This document shows, one piece after another, positions 50,145 to 61,173 of a stretch of 64,000 nucleotides of DNA (positions within the stretch are counted from its first letter, which is position 1; every line of letters starts with the position of its first letter). The notes below the pieces were generated by a model. The model was not told the origin of the DNA, ran no database searches, and was given only the letters and a program-made list of their open reading frames with translations. The position numbers and the translations under genes are program-made. This DNA comes from an uncultured delta proteobacterium (GTDB lineage: Bacteria > Desulfobacterota > Binatia > Binatales > Binataceae), in the NCBI GenBank assembly GCA_963724765.1, contig CAVRVY010000003.1:1536001-1600000 (forward strand), written 5' to 3'.

Positions 50145-50879
50145 TCATACGGCATGATCGGCGAAATAGCCTGGTAGCAGTCTGGGGAGCAAGCCGAGCG
50201 GCAATTCCTCGACAGCGCCTGGCGCTAACCTCCCGAGCTGAAACGGTCCATAACCGGTTCGGATCAGGCGAGTCACCTGCAATCCCAATTGTTCGAGCAG
50301 CTTCTTGATTTCGCGGTTTTTGCCTTCGCGAAGCATCATGGTCAACCAGCAATTGCTGCCCTGGCGGCTGTTGAGTGTGGTCTTTGCCGGCCGATAGCGG
50401 CGACCATCGATGGTCAGGCCGTTGGCAAGCCTGGCAATCGACGCTTGATCGACGTTGCCGTGAGCCCGGATGCGGTAGACGCGGGCAAGCCCCTGCGCCG
50501 GATGTTCGAGATAGCGCGCCAGTCCGCCATCATTGGTCAGGAGCAAGAGTCCTTCGGTGTTGATGTCAAGGCGGCCGACCGAAATCAAACGGGGCAGTGT
50601 TTTGGGAAGGGCGGCGAAGACCGTCGGGCGTCCCTGAGGGTCGCGCGCCGTCGTCACGAGTCCCGCAGGTTTGTGATAGCGCCAGATTTTCGATCGCTCA
50701 AGGTTCGCGACTGCTTTACCGTCGACGGCCAGCACATCGTTGGTATCGACCAGCGTCGCCGGATGGGTCACGACAGCGCCGTTCAGCGCCACCCGGCGCG
50801 CTTCGATCAGCCGTTCGGACTCACGGCGAGAAGCAACGCCGGCACGGGCCATGAACTTGGCAATCCTTTCTTTCCCCAC
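50145..50879 (-). CDS. rRNA pseudouridine synthase (RluB/RsuA family)
   Basis: S4 domain ERIAKFMARAGVASRRE, GRLDINTEGLLLLTNDG, EGKNREI. Confidence 0.93.
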   Translation of the reverse strand: MGKERIAKFMARAGVASRRESERLIEARRVALNGAVVTHPATLVDTNDVLAVDGKAVANLERSKIWRYHKPAGLVTTARDPQGRPTVFAALPKTLPRLISVGRLDINTEGLLLLTNDGGLARYLEHPAQGLARVYRIRAHGNVDQASIARLANGLTIDGRRYRPAKTTLNSRQGSNCWLTMMLREGKNREIKKLLEQLGLQVTRLIRTGYGPFQLGRLAPGAVEELPLGLLPRLLPGYFADHAV

Positions 50880-50898
50880 GGCCGTACCGTTACGGCGA

Positions 50899-51558
50899 TC
50901 AGACGTAATCGGTAGGATCTCGCACGCCGGCCTTTTCAAAGCCCACCTGACGCTCCCTGCACTTGTTGCATTGACCGCAGTGTCTCAGACCGCGCGGAGC
51001 CATGCAGGTCAGAGTCGATTCGAGCGGCAGATGTTTGAATTGCTTTATAATCTCCCATTTGCGCAGATCTCGAAACGCCGCCTTCACCTTGATGGGATGA
51101 TTCAGTCCGCTGCTTAGTGCGGACGCGAAGTCGCTGAAAAACTTCGGCGTAGCGTCGGGAAACGGATTTCCAGCGAGCGAGCCGATCGCGATTAGCGAAA
51201 CCTCGTGCGTGCTGCACCAGACCGCCGCGAGACCGACTAGAAGGATGTTCCTTCCGGGGAGATAGACGGAACTGTCCGACTCCTCCGCTCCCGGCACCGA
51301 GTCGCCGGAAACACTCCAGTGGCCGCCGTACATCGTCTCGATCGGCGCGGATAGCGTGGTTACCGCCTTCACATGCGGATGCTTCAAAGCTCGCAGGAAC
51401 CCGTCAAGCGCTTCACGTTCCATCTCTTCCCACGCCAATCCGCATCGCACGTAGATCGGATAGACCTCGGCATTTTTGGCCTCCTCCGCAAGCAGGACGG
51501 AACTATCCAGGCCGCCGCTCGACAAGATTGCGATTCTGTCCAAGCTGTTTCTCCCCAC
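50899..51558 (-). CDS. queC: 7-cyano-7-deazaguanine synthase QueC-like
   Basis: SGGLDS, YLPGRN, FPDAT, TC...HCGQCNKCRER. Confidence 0.88.
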   Translation of the reverse strand: MGRNSLDRIAILSSGGLDSSVLLAEEAKNAEVYPIYVRCGLAWEEMEREALDGFLRALKHPHVKAVTTLSAPIETMYGGHWSVSGDSVPGAEESDSSVYLPGRNILLVGLAAVWCSTHEVSLIAIGSLAGNPFPDATPKFFSDFASALSSGLNHPIKVKAAFRDLRKWEIIKQFKHLPLESTLTCMAPRGLRHCGQCNKCRERQVGFEKAGVRDPTDYV

Positions 51559-51816
51559 CGATGAGCCGATCTAATCTGAAATTCCGACGATCGAATGCAA
51601 AGTCGAGACACGCGAACCGCGCATGACGATTTTCGAGTGAGTCTCCTTTGAAGCTTCGTTATTCGAGACCGGAGCAGAGCCTTATGCCATGACGGTACAC
51701 CTTCGAGTTCCCTGACGCCACTTGCGCCTCGATCTTCGACTTAGTGTCTGGCATAGTCGCATTTTTCCAGCTTCGGGGACGCAGGGCGAGGGTCTATCGC
51801 AATTCGAGGAACCACT

Positions 51817-52581
51817 ATGGGCACGGAACAGAACGCCTGGTATGTAAACTTCTTTGGCGAAGACTATCTAAACATCTATCGCCATACGATGACTGCCGAG
51901 CGGACCGAAAACGAGGTCGCCTTCGCGGAGCGAAAACTCGAGCTCGATGCCGGCGCACGCGTGCTCGATCTATGCTGCGGCCCAGGGCGCCACAGCGTGC
52001 TCCTTGCAAAACGCGGCTATAAGGTAACCGGCCTTGATCTGAGCCAACCCTATCTCGATCTCGCACGCCGCGCCGCCACCGAGCACAAGGTCGCGATCGA
52101 CACTATTTCGGCCGACATGCGTGAGATTCCGTTCAATGACTATTTCGACGCGGCCATCAACATGTATTCCTCCTTCGGTTACCTTGAGTCGGAAGCCGAA
52201 GATCTGCGGGTCCTCGAGTCGATCTCGCGATCGCTCAAGCGGGGAGGGCGGCTGCTGCTCGACATGTTGAACCGTGAATGGGCCGTCGCGAATTATATCC
52301 AGAACGACTGGCATTCCGAGGCCGACGGAACATTATATGTCGAGCATCGGGCGCTCGATCTGGCAACGAGCCGCATGCGTGTCCGATTTATCATCATAGG
52401 TGCAGACGGGAGCCGCCACGATTCGATAGGTCACGATATCCGGCTTTACACTCTGACCGAAATGACCCGTCTCCTTGGGCGTGTCGGTTTCGGCGGGATT
52501 GAAGTATTCGGAGGCTTCGAGGACGAGCGATATGGGATCGAAACGCGCCGCATGATACTCTGTGCCCGCAAAGATGTATAG
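51817..52581 (+). CDS. Class I SAM-dependent methyltransferase
   Basis: VLDLCCGPGRH, GLDLS, ADMREI, SSFGY, LKRGGRLLLD. Confidence 0.92.
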   Translation: MGTEQNAWYVNFFGEDYLNIYRHTMTAERTENEVAFAERKLELDAGARVLDLCCGPGRHSVLLAKRGYKVTGLDLSQPYLDLARRAATEHKVAIDTISADMREIPFNDYFDAAINMYSSFGYLESEAEDLRVLESISRSLKRGGRLLLDMLNREWAVANYIQNDWHSEADGTLYVEHRALDLATSRMRVRFIIIGADGSRHDSIGHDIRLYTLTEMTRLLGRVGFGGIEVFGGFEDERYGIETRRMILCARKDV

Positions 52582-52596
52582 CTAGTTCTGCTCGAA

Positions 52597-53592
52597 ATGG
52601 GATTTGTAAGCACACGTAGTTCCCGGATCAAGGCATGGACTGCGATACTTGTCATGTGGGTCTCAAGCGGCCTGGGTGCCTGTACCTCTCCGCGTAAAGG
52701 CCCGGCGAACGCTGCCCCTTTTCGTGTCGCCCTGCTGACCCCAGGGCCGGTCAGCGATGCCGGCTGGAACGCCGCGGCATTCGACGGATTGCAGCTCATC
52801 AAGGAAAAACTGGGTGCGCAAACAGCGCTCGTGCAGACCAGGTCGCCCGCCGATTTCGACGATGGATTTCGTGACTTCGCCTCGCGCGGATTCAACCTGA
52901 TTTTCGCGCATGGTTACGAGTATACGGATTCCGCGATTAGTGTAGCGCGGGAGTTTCCCAAGGTTTATTTTGTGGTCAGTTCGGGTAGCCAATCGTCACG
53001 AAATGTGGCCACGTTAACCTTCAAATTCGATCAAGCGGCGTACGCCGAAGGCGTGCTTGCTGGCGGCGTCACAAAGACCGGAATAGTGGGCGCGATAGGG
53101 GGAATTGAATTGCCCTCGATCCGGCTGACCTTTGAGGGTTTCAGGCGCGGCTTCCTGTCGGTGCGGCCAAAAGGTCGCCTGCTGGTCAGCTATATCGGTA
53201 AGTTCGATGACGTGGGCGCCGCAAAGGAGGCGGCTTTGGCGCAAATCAGCCAGGGTGCAGACGTGATCCTCCACGACGCTGACGCGGCGGGATTGGGGGT
53301 TTTTCAGGCCGCCGCACAGGCGCATATCCTGGCGTTCGGCGCGATTCGAAACCAAAACGACGTCGTGCCCGGCGTAGTCCTTGCCAGTGCCGTGACCTCT
53401 ACCGCCGAGGCATTTCTCAAAATTGCGACAGAGGTCAAGAGTAATCAGTTCCATCCCGGGATGATCGAGTTCGGGATGGAGGACGGGATGGTGAAAGTGG
53501 TGCTGAATCCCAAGCTTGAATCACGCATCCCCGAACTGGCGATGAAGCGGTTTCTTGCCGCGGAGCGTCAATTCGACCATGGAGGACACTGA
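52597..53592 (+). CDS. BMP/Med family substrate-binding lipoprotein
   Basis: Lipobox LGAC, GPVSDAGWN, IFAHGYEY, QGADVI. Confidence 0.88.
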   Translation: MGFVSTRSSRIKAWTAILVMWVSSGLGACTSPRKGPANAAPFRVALLTPGPVSDAGWNAAAFDGLQLIKEKLGAQTALVQTRSPADFDDGFRDFASRGFNLIFAHGYEYTDSAISVAREFPKVYFVVSSGSQSSRNVATLTFKFDQAAYAEGVLAGGVTKTGIVGAIGGIELPSIRLTFEGFRRGFLSVRPKGRLLVSYIGKFDDVGAAKEAALAQISQGADVILHDADAAGLGVFQAAAQAHILAFGAIRNQNDVVPGVVLASAVTSTAEAFLKIATEVKSNQFHPGMIEFGMEDGMVKVVLNPKLESRIPELAMKRFLAAERQFDHGGH

Positions 53593-53700
53593 CCGAGGAA
53601 CCTGGATGGCTGTTCAAAAGGGAAGGTTACGCGCCCTTGGAGGCGTTGCTTGGCCGCTGCGCTATTGTAGACTGGGGTTGAAAGAGAGCTTACCCCAACT

Positions 53701-54861
53701 ATGACGGTCACTGCTCAGGAAATCGCCCGCCGCATCAGTACTATCAGGCCGATTTTAGCGGAGAACGCGCAGGACTGCGTGCGGGACCGCGCCCTGACGC
53801 CTGCGAGTATGCGGGCGATGGTTGATGCAGGCTTGTTTCGCATTCCACAGCCTTCGCGAGTGGGCGGTTACGAACTGAGTTTGCGCATACTCGCCGACGC
53901 GGTCACCGCGGTCTCCGAGGTTTGCCCGACCAGCGGGTGGGTGCTCATGGTTATGTGCGCTCATCATTTTTGCCTTGGCACTTTCCCCGAGCAGGCGCAG
54001 GACGATGTCTTCGGCGGAGATGGCGACGGCCTGGTTGCAGGCACGCTCGCCTGGCAGGGAAAGGCCGCCAAGGTTGATGGCGGCTTTAGAGTTGATGGAC
54101 GGTGGCAGTTCTGCAGCGGAGTAGATCGTTCCAACTGGGTGATGCTTGGATGCGCTGATGCGGCGACCGGCGGGCCGGGAGTGCATGTAGTGGTGCCGAC
54201 CGAAGAGATTGTTGTTGATGATACGTGGCAAGTTCTGGGCCTTCAGGGGACCGGAAGCAAGGACGTGGTCGCCAAGGACATCTTTGTCCCCGCGGGCAGA
54301 ACGGTTGACACCCGCGCCATGATGCGCGGCGATTCGCCCCATTCGCTCAAGCATGCGACGAACCTTTACCGCGTTTCGTCCGACTCGATGCTCTCGCTCT
54401 CGGTGGTGACCGCCATTCTGGGTTCAGCAAAGTACGCGATGGCGAAGTTTATCGAGCGGACCAAGGAGCGACGGGTCATCGTTACGGGCGCGCGCAAAGC
54501 TGAACACGGGCCGACTCAGATTCGGCTCGCCGAAGCGGCGGCTGAGATTCAGTGCGCAGATCTCATGGTTCATGACGCGCTTGATGTGCTGGGGCGAGTC
54601 GCTCAAATGGGAGAGGGCGCGACCGACATGACATACCGCGCGCAGGTCAAATGGCAGGCCGCCTACGCCGCAGAGTTGTGCCGCCGCGCGGCGTCACGAC
54701 TTTTTGCGGGCTCCGGCGCGCACGCAATCTACAACTCGAGCCCACTTCAGATGGCGTTCAGAAACATTAACGTGGGCGCACAGCACGCGAGCATCGATTT
54801 TGACACGTCGGGCGAGCTTTATGGCCGTACACAGTTGGGATTGCTGAGCTCAACCCGGTAG
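53701..54861 (+). CDS. Acyl-CoA dehydrogenase-fold flavin hydroxylase (HsaA/HpaH-like oxygenase component)
   Basis: AGLFRIPQPSRVGG, GRWQFCSG, DTWQVLGLQGTGS, QHASI. Confidence 0.85.
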   Translation: MTVTAQEIARRISTIRPILAENAQDCVRDRALTPASMRAMVDAGLFRIPQPSRVGGYELSLRILADAVTAVSEVCPTSGWVLMVMCAHHFCLGTFPEQAQDDVFGGDGDGLVAGTLAWQGKAAKVDGGFRVDGRWQFCSGVDRSNWVMLGCADAATGGPGVHVVVPTEEIVVDDTWQVLGLQGTGSKDVVAKDIFVPAGRTVDTRAMMRGDSPHSLKHATNLYRVSSDSMLSLSVVTAILGSAKYAMAKFIERTKERRVIVTGARKAEHGPTQIRLAEAAAEIQCADLMVHDALDVLGRVAQMGEGATDMTYRAQVKWQAAYAAELCRRAASRLFAGSGAHAIYNSSPLQMAFRNINVGAQHASIDFDTSGELYGRTQLGLLSSTR

Positions 54862-55134
54862 GGATATCCCACGGCAGAGAGGTTGCTACAGTCTTGGCCG
54901 GCGGTTGTGCCAGGGCCGGGCAGCCACCTTGGACGGCGAAATAATCCGGACGCGATCATGCGATTATGTGCCCGTCCTTTACGACCGTTTGATGGCCGAT
55001 CTCGATTGTCTGTTAGCGACCCAACCGAGCTTGTAGAGTTAGCCAGTATTCTGAGTACTCAATTCGCATAAGCTCGACTTGTCATAACGTCATTCAAGAG
55101 ATCCAACATTTCCAAAAAGCCGCGACCTACGAAT

Positions 55135-55620
55135 AAGGTCGAGCTCAAGTCGAGCATCCTTGAGGAGTGTGGCATCGATCCGCTCCCCGATCATAGTCAA
55201 ACAGAATTGTTCCAGCGCTTTGGCAATGAGTATCCGCTCGTGCTCACCACCGGCGGGCGAGTGATCGAAGGATTTCATCAAAATTCGCCGCAGATGGCCT
55301 GGTTCCGCAAAAAGTATCCGGATCCTCAGGCCACCATTCATCCACACGCCGCCCGGGAGCTCCACGTCGCCGAAGGCGACTGGATTTTAATCGAGACGCC
55401 AGTGGGCTCCGTCAGGCAGATAGTGCGGCTGAGCGAACGGGTCCATCCGCGCGTGATCCATGCCGACCGCTGGTGGTACCCTGAGCGCGAGGGCGCGCTG
55501 CCGGAGCTGTTCGGCGTGCTGGAAACTAATATCAATGTCTGCACACGGGCCGAGCCCGGCGACTGCGATCCGATAATGGGCGCATGGCCGCTGCGCGCCT
55601 TGCCTTGCCTTGCCGGATAG
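55135..55620 (+). pseudogene. C-terminal fragment of a DMSO reductase-family (acetylene hydratase-like) molybdopterin oxidoreductase
   Basis: KVELKSSILEECGIDPLP...YPLVLTTGGR...FHQ...IHPHAARELHVAEGDWILIETPVG...WWYPE. The N-terminal catalytic domains are absent. Confidence 0.75.
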
Positions 55621-56328
55621 TGCATGGGTGAAGGGCGGCAGGAGGAATCTTCAGATTTCGCCAAGGCCTTGGCCGACCCGGGAAATCATTTTGTGAGGCG
55701 GTGTACTCGGCCGGCGGTTGCAGCCATACCTTTGTCGGCAAGCGGGATGACCTCCTGCGGGTAGCGGACGGGGGCTCCAAATCGCCATCGCCGCCAACCC
55801 CGTTCGGTATTCTCCTCGCCCCAGTGCGGCACGGCTGCTCCCCGTAGGACAGTCCTGACATTCGTATTGTCTGGAAGGCTTGCTAACGTCAGGTCCCGCC
55901 TCATCGCGCTATGAAATCTCACAAAACGCAGCCGAGTCGAAACTCAAAGGAAATATAGATTGGACAAAGTTCCTAGCAAATATGACTATTTTAAGATGTA
56001 GGCCTACTTAAAAATGTGGTGTAGCGTGCAGATTATAGCATCCTTGTCATAAAGATAATTACAACGTTAAGTGCCGGTCCATCGTCCGGCACCAACGCAA
56101 CGTCAAAGTGGGGGTCGGCAAAACGAAGGCAGTCAAGAAAAGGACCGGGAAAATCGTGACTGTCACATTGCAAAGATGGCCTTGCAATTTATTCACTTCA
56201 GCAAAAAAGAAACTGCACTACCGCTCGGCTGCAATACGCCGGCATCGCGTTCTCGACAGCGGAAAACCCGGTGTCTCCGTGCATTTAGAGCGAGGATTGG
56301 CGGCTTTGCAAGTCTGTTGATTGTCCAC

Positions 56329-56344
56329 CGGCACGTGCCTTGCT
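56329..56344 (+). promoter_or_regulatory. Putative sigma54 promoter
   Basis: CGGCACGTGCCTTGCT, GG-N10-GC near consensus, downstream of an AT-rich tract and ~340 nt before a bEBP gene. Confidence 0.6.
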
Positions 56345-56680
56345 GGGCTTTGCAAGACAACTTGAGTCAGGGCTATCGGGTCGAACCCCGGGTCGCTCTA
56401 CCTTGATCGGCCGATCAGGCAGCGGCGAAGAAGCCCTGCTGCATAACTAGCCCATTGATTGCTTGGCAAGATGCTGAGTGGGGCATAAGAGGATGAATCC
56501 TGCAATCGCGAGAGCACCGCAGGAGGATCGCTGCTCGGATGTTCATTGCACCGACGATCCGAATAGAAACGAGAACGACGGGGTGGCTCTCAGGACCAAT
56601 GCACCTGGTGGTGCAATAAATCTCTGGTTTCTCGTGGCGCGTGTCATAGGAAGGAATACAGCCTCCCCGCAGAAATCGTT

Positions 56681-58141
56681 ATGAAAGCCAGCGCCAGAGT
56701 ACTCATCGTCGAAGACAACGCCGATGCGCGGGAGGCTTGGTCCCTTCTGATTTCGTCCTGGGGTTACCGAGTCGACCAAGCAGAAGACGGCGAGCGTGCT
56801 TTGCAGTTGATTGAAAGCTGCAATCCGCAAATCCTTCTGCTCGATCTCAGATTGCCCAAGAAAGACGGCTTGGCGGTGCTCGGTGAGATTCGTGCGAACG
56901 GCTGGCAGCTTCCCACCATCGTGATCTCTGGCGAGGGCGAGATCGAAGACGCAGTACAATCAATAAAGCTCGGGGCCTACGACTATCTGCGCAAGCCAGT
57001 CGATCCGCATCACCTGGAGGTATTGCTCAACAATCTGCGCACGCATCTGACCGTCAGCAAGGAAAATCAGCTTTTACGCCGGCGGCTGATGGACGCCGGT
57101 GAGTTGGGACAACTGATCGGGCAATCGTTCGCGATGCGCCGCGTGATGGCCTCGGTTGAGCAAGTCGCGCCGAGCAGCGCATCGATTGTAATCGTCGGTG
57201 AAAGCGGTACCGGCAAGGAATTGGTGGCTCGCACCATCCATGACCTTTCGCCGCGGTCCAACGGTCCTTATATCGCCATTAATTGCGCCGCCATGCCCGA
57301 GACCCTGATGGAAAGCGAGTTGTTCGGTCATGAGCGCGGAGCTTTCACCGGCGCCGATCGCCGCCGCGAGGGCTGTTTCGAACTCGCGACCGGCGGAACG
57401 CTCCTGCTCGATGAAATCGGCGAGATGAAGCCGGAATTGCAGGCGAAGCTTTTGCGGGTTCTCGAAGAACGGAAGGTTCGCCGTCTGGGCGGCAGTAGCG
57501 AGATCCCGGTCGATGTGCGCGTACTGGCTGCGACGAATCGCAATCTTGAGGCCCATCTTCGCGAAGGTAAATTCCGCGAAGACCTCTACTACAGGCTCAA
57601 TATTTTTACTATTCAGCTACCGACGCTACGCGATCGCCCTGAGGACGTCCCGACCTTGATCGAGCATTTCCTGCGACAGCTTGCCCCGCTGGCGGGTAAA
57701 CCGGTCGTGGGTATGGTAGCCGAATGTATCGAGCTGCTCAGGTCTCAACGCTGGCCGGGGAATGTGCGGCAGTTGCGCAATGTGATCGAACGGGCGCTTA
57801 TCGTAACACGGGGACCATTAATCACGACCGCAGACCTGCCGGAGGAAATCAAACCTACGCTGGCGGAACAGACTACACTTAATATACTGGAGAAGACGGT
57901 CAAATCTGAGTTGTCCGATGAGATCACACCCGGTTCTGATGTGCGCCCCGCATTGGAAGTGCATGTGGGAATGTCATTGAACGCGGTCAAACGCGAGCTT
58001 TTATTGCAGACGCTTAAATTTACCGGCGGCAATAAGGCAAAAGCAGCGGAAATTCTCGGCGTCTCCCTCAAGACTCTTTACAATCATCTCAACGACGATC
58101 TGGCTAGGCGCCCTATAGACGTTAAGTTCAAACAGACATAA
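56681..58141 (+). CDS. Sigma54-dependent response regulator (no adjacent kinase)
   Basis: REC domain (IVEDN, LDLRLP), [36 protein letters not shown]. Confidence 0.95.
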   Translation: MKASARVLIVEDNADAREAWSLLISSWGYRVDQAEDGERALQLIESCNPQILLLDLRLPKKDGLAVLGEIRANGWQLPTIVISGEGEIEDAVQSIKLGAYDYLRKPVDPHHLEVLLNNLRTHLTVSKENQLLRRRLMDAGELGQLIGQSFAMRRVMASVEQVAPSSASIVIVGESGTGKELVARTIHDLSPRSNGPYIAINCAAMPETLMESELFGHERGAFTGADRRREGCFELATGGTLLLDEIGEMKPELQAKLLRVLEERKVRRLGGSSEIPVDVRVLAATNRNLEAHLREGKFREDLYYRLNIFTIQLPTLRDRPEDVPTLIEHFLRQLAPLAGKPVVGMVAECIELLRSQRWPGNVRQLRNVIERALIVTRGPLITTADLPEEIKPTLAEQTTLNILEKTVKSELSDEITPGSDVRPALEVHVGMSLNAVKRELLLQTLKFTGGNKAKAAEILGVSLKTLYNHLNDDLARRPIDVKFKQT

Positions 58142-58451
58142 GTGCAATCTATCTTGGCGCAGGCTCTTCCGGCCTGCATTCCGAACACATTGGCTCGCCG
58201 AAGCAGCCTGGAAGCTTAAAACTCTAACGAATTCAGCTTTGGTCGTCCCTCAGTGCGGTCAGCGCAGCTCTCGCACAAGTTTTGCCTTTTCACCTTTGCG
58301 ATCTCGGGATTGGATGAATACGGCAACGGCTGAAGAACCAATTGTTCTGATTGAATAACGCTGATTCCTGATTCGAAATGAAGGGCGCCGATGGCATCAG
58401 AGTTGCGGGCGATTCGATTGGTTCTCATTTTATGCTCAGAGAGCGAGGAAA

Positions 58452-58910
58452 ATGCCAGAGAAAGAAACTTTGAAGAAAGCGCGTCAGGATGCGGCGGAGG
58501 GCAAGTCCCCTTCTACTCAGGCTGGCGAGTTTGTGCGGGAAGAAATTAATCATGTCCGGGAAGGGAAGCATGGCGCTCGGTCGGCCAAGCAGGCGATTGC
58601 AATCGGATTGTCCAAAGCGCGCCGCGCCGGAGTAAAGCTGGCGCAGCCCAAGCGTTCAAGCACCAGCGCGAGCGCGCGAGAAAAGGCGAGAAACGATTCC
58701 ACCAAAGCACGCCATCCAGGCAAACCGTCGGCCAAACGGTCGCAGGCGACGTTGGGAGCGCTCAAGAGAGAGCGGCGGACGTCGGCCTCGTCGGAAGCAC
58801 TAGCTGAGCAGGCGCACTCGAGCGCTTCGCAGAGAACCAGAAAAGAGCGCAGTGCGGCTGGAAAAAAGGCCGCCAAGACGCGCTCGGAACGTTCCCGGTC
58901 TCGTCATTAG
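58452..58910 (+). CDS. Basic small protein (DUF6496-like, putative DNA-binding stress protein)
   Basis: STQAGEFVREEI...GARSAKQAIAIGLSKARRAGV, K/R/S/A-rich tail; GAGGA RBS. Confidence 0.75.
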   Translation: MPEKETLKKARQDAAEGKSPSTQAGEFVREEINHVREGKHGARSAKQAIAIGLSKARRAGVKLAQPKRSSTSASAREKARNDSTKARHPGKPSAKRSQATLGALKRERRTSASSEALAEQAHSSASQRTRKERSAAGKKAAKTRSERSRSRH

Positions 58911-58982
58911 TGAGGCAGTGGTCCGATTGCGGTGCCGATGCTGAGTGCCGAGTGAGGCGAATGACGTACCGGGGAGAACTAA

Positions 58983-59623
58983 AAGCTCGCCACATATCGG
59001 GTGAAACGCGATTTTAGCAAGACCGTCGAGCCGAGCGGCGACTCCGAGCCCATTTCTTCGGATCGATTGCGTTACGTAATTCAAAAGCATGCGGCTTCCG
59101 GATTACACTATGATGTCCGGCTCGAAGTCGATGGAGTTTTGAGGTCGTGGGCTGTCAAGATCGATTGAAGGCAGTGGGTCTGATTAGCTTCTGCAAGACC
59201 ACCGGCGGCAAGGGTTTGCATGTGGTGACGCCGCTTGCGTACGTCAAGAAAGAACGCTTGGAATGGCCGGTCGCTAAAGCTTTCGCGCGCGAACTATGTA
59301 CGCAGATGGCTGCGGAGAGCCCAAATCGCTACCTGATCAACATGACGAAGAAGGCCCGCCCGGGCAAAATCTACCTCGACTATCTGCGTAACGATCGCAT
59401 GGCGACGGCAGTGGCGCCTCTATCACCGCGTGCTCGCAACGGTGCGCCGGTGTCGATGCCATTGTTGTGGACGCAGATGCGATCGGGACTGGATCCGATG
59501 CGCTTCAGCATTCGGACGGTACCGAGTCTGATCGGCAGAAGCGTCGCCTGGCAAGACTACTGCGAGGCCGAACGCGCATTGGGGCCGGCGATCAAACGAT
59601 TGAACAAGCTCAAGGCGGCGTGA
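58983..59623 (+). pseudogene. ligD: ligD remnant: phosphoesterase N-terminus joined out of frame to the polymerase C-terminus
   Basis: 58983-59168 reads [17 protein letters not shown]...[28 protein letters not shown] different frame from ~59158 reads [23 protein letters not shown]...IYLDYLRN. Confidence 0.85.
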
Positions 59624-59626
59624 ACC

Positions 59627-60732
59627 TTGCCACGCGCTGCGAAAAAATCGAAGAGCAACGGAATAGCCGCGCTGCCCGTGCCGCTCGATACGCGTCCGAT
59701 GGAAGCGCGGTTGGTAGGCGATCTGCCGCGGGAGCCGGGCTGGCAATTCGAGCCAAAATGGGACGGCTTTCGATGTTTGGCGTTCCGGGCCGGCGACGAG
59801 GTCGAGCTCAGGGCCAAGTCAGGAAAGACGCTGTCGCGTTACTTTCCCGAAGTTGTAGCGATGCTCGGCGCGATTGCGCCCGAGTCATTTATCGTCGACG
59901 GAGAACTGGCCATTCCGATTGATGAAAGCCTCTCGTTTGAGGCGTTGCAGGCGCGCTTGCATCCTGCCGAAAGTCGCGTGCGCAAACTGGCGTCCAAACG
60001 CCAGCCATCTTCATCCTGTTCGATTGTCTGATGACCGCCGATGAAGTGAGCCTGCTCGACGCGCCGCTGACGGATCGTCGTGCCGCGCTTGAGGATTTCT
60101 TCGATTCCGCGAGTCGTGAAGCCGCCTTGAAGCTGACTCCGTATACCCGCGAGTATCGCGAGGCGCAGCGATGGCTGGATCACGCTGGCGGTGCGCTCGA
60201 TGGAATTGTTGCCAAACGTACGGACGGCGCCTACCATCCCGGCGAACGCGCGACCTCAAAGTTCAAGCGGATGCGCACGGCGGATTGCGTGGTCGGTGGC
60301 TTTCGATATGAGCAGGGTAGCCGCCTGGTGGGATCGTTGCTGCTCGGCCTGTATGACAAGGACGGTAAGCTGGATCACGTTGGCTTCACCTCATCCTTTG
60401 GCAGCACCGATCGAAAGGTCTTGACCAGGCGGCTTGAGGCGATGATTGGCAAACCTGGGTTCACCGGTAATGCGCCCGGCGGTCCGAGTCGATGGAGTAA
60501 CGAACGCAGCGGAGAATGGCAACCCCTGCGGGCCGAACTGGTCGTCGAAGTCCGTTACGATCACATCACCGGGGATCGCTTTCGGCATGGCACCCGGCTC
60601 ATCCGCTGGCGCCCCGACAAGGCGCCCGAACAGTGCACATTCGATCAGATCGAGCGCGAAGCCAGACCTGCGAGGCTGGTTGCGCAGACGCTCGATCGAT
60701 CATTGGCATCAGGCCCTACGCGACGACGCTAA
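59627..60732 (+). pseudogene. ATP-dependent DNA ligase (LigC-type), frameshifted near 59996
   Basis: EPKWDGFR, DGEL and RLHPAESRVRKLA in the first frame. PAIFILFDCL...DGIVAK...TADCVVGGFR...RFRHG...RWRPDK in the shifted frame. Confidence 0.85.
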
Positions 60733-60768
60733 CGCGAACGGTTTTCAGTTATTCGGTCTTTTAATGGA

Positions 60769-60993
60769 CTAGCCGCGCGCCGCCCGCCGGCGTCTCGAGT
60801 TGACTGCGCGCAGCGAAGCTATGAGTGCTGGCTTCAGCGTAGTCGAGGGTCGCTCCTTGCTGCGTCGTCCACTGAGAAAGCGGATTAAAGCGCCGACACA
60901 TAACGTGGCAGCGTGAAGACCGTTCCAGGCATCGATAATTAACAGCTCATAAGTGAGGCCAGATCCTAAAAACAATTGGCAGAGGGGGGCCAT
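60769..60993 (-). CDS. Small hypothetical protein or remnant
   Basis: AAGGAG 5 nt before the ATG; no recognisable motif. Confidence 0.3.
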   Translation of the reverse strand: MAPLCQLFLGSGLTYELLIIDAWNGLHAATLCVGALIRFLSGRRSKERPSTTLKPALIASLRAVNSRRRRAARG

Positions 60994-61173
60994 GCAACTC
61001 CTTAGCCTGGTGTGCGAATTTCAGCTTCGGCATTTATTTCAATTTGAAGGTCGTCGCCGTTGAAGGGAAGAAATGAAGTGGCGCATTTGTTGCTCCGTCA
61101 TTCATCAATGATGTTTCGCGATTGAATACCAGCGATAAAAATCCAAAGTTTTGAAGAAAGCTCCTGATCAGCG

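Noticed and set aside
51673-51690. Sigma54-like TGGCATAAGGCTCTGCT upstream of queC, or a preQ1 riboswitch
   Set aside because: Spacing is 11, and no riboswitch consensus is recognisable.
59627-60732. Programmed frameshift in the ligase
   Set aside because: There is no slippery sequence or stimulatory structure, and neighbouring genes are also decayed.
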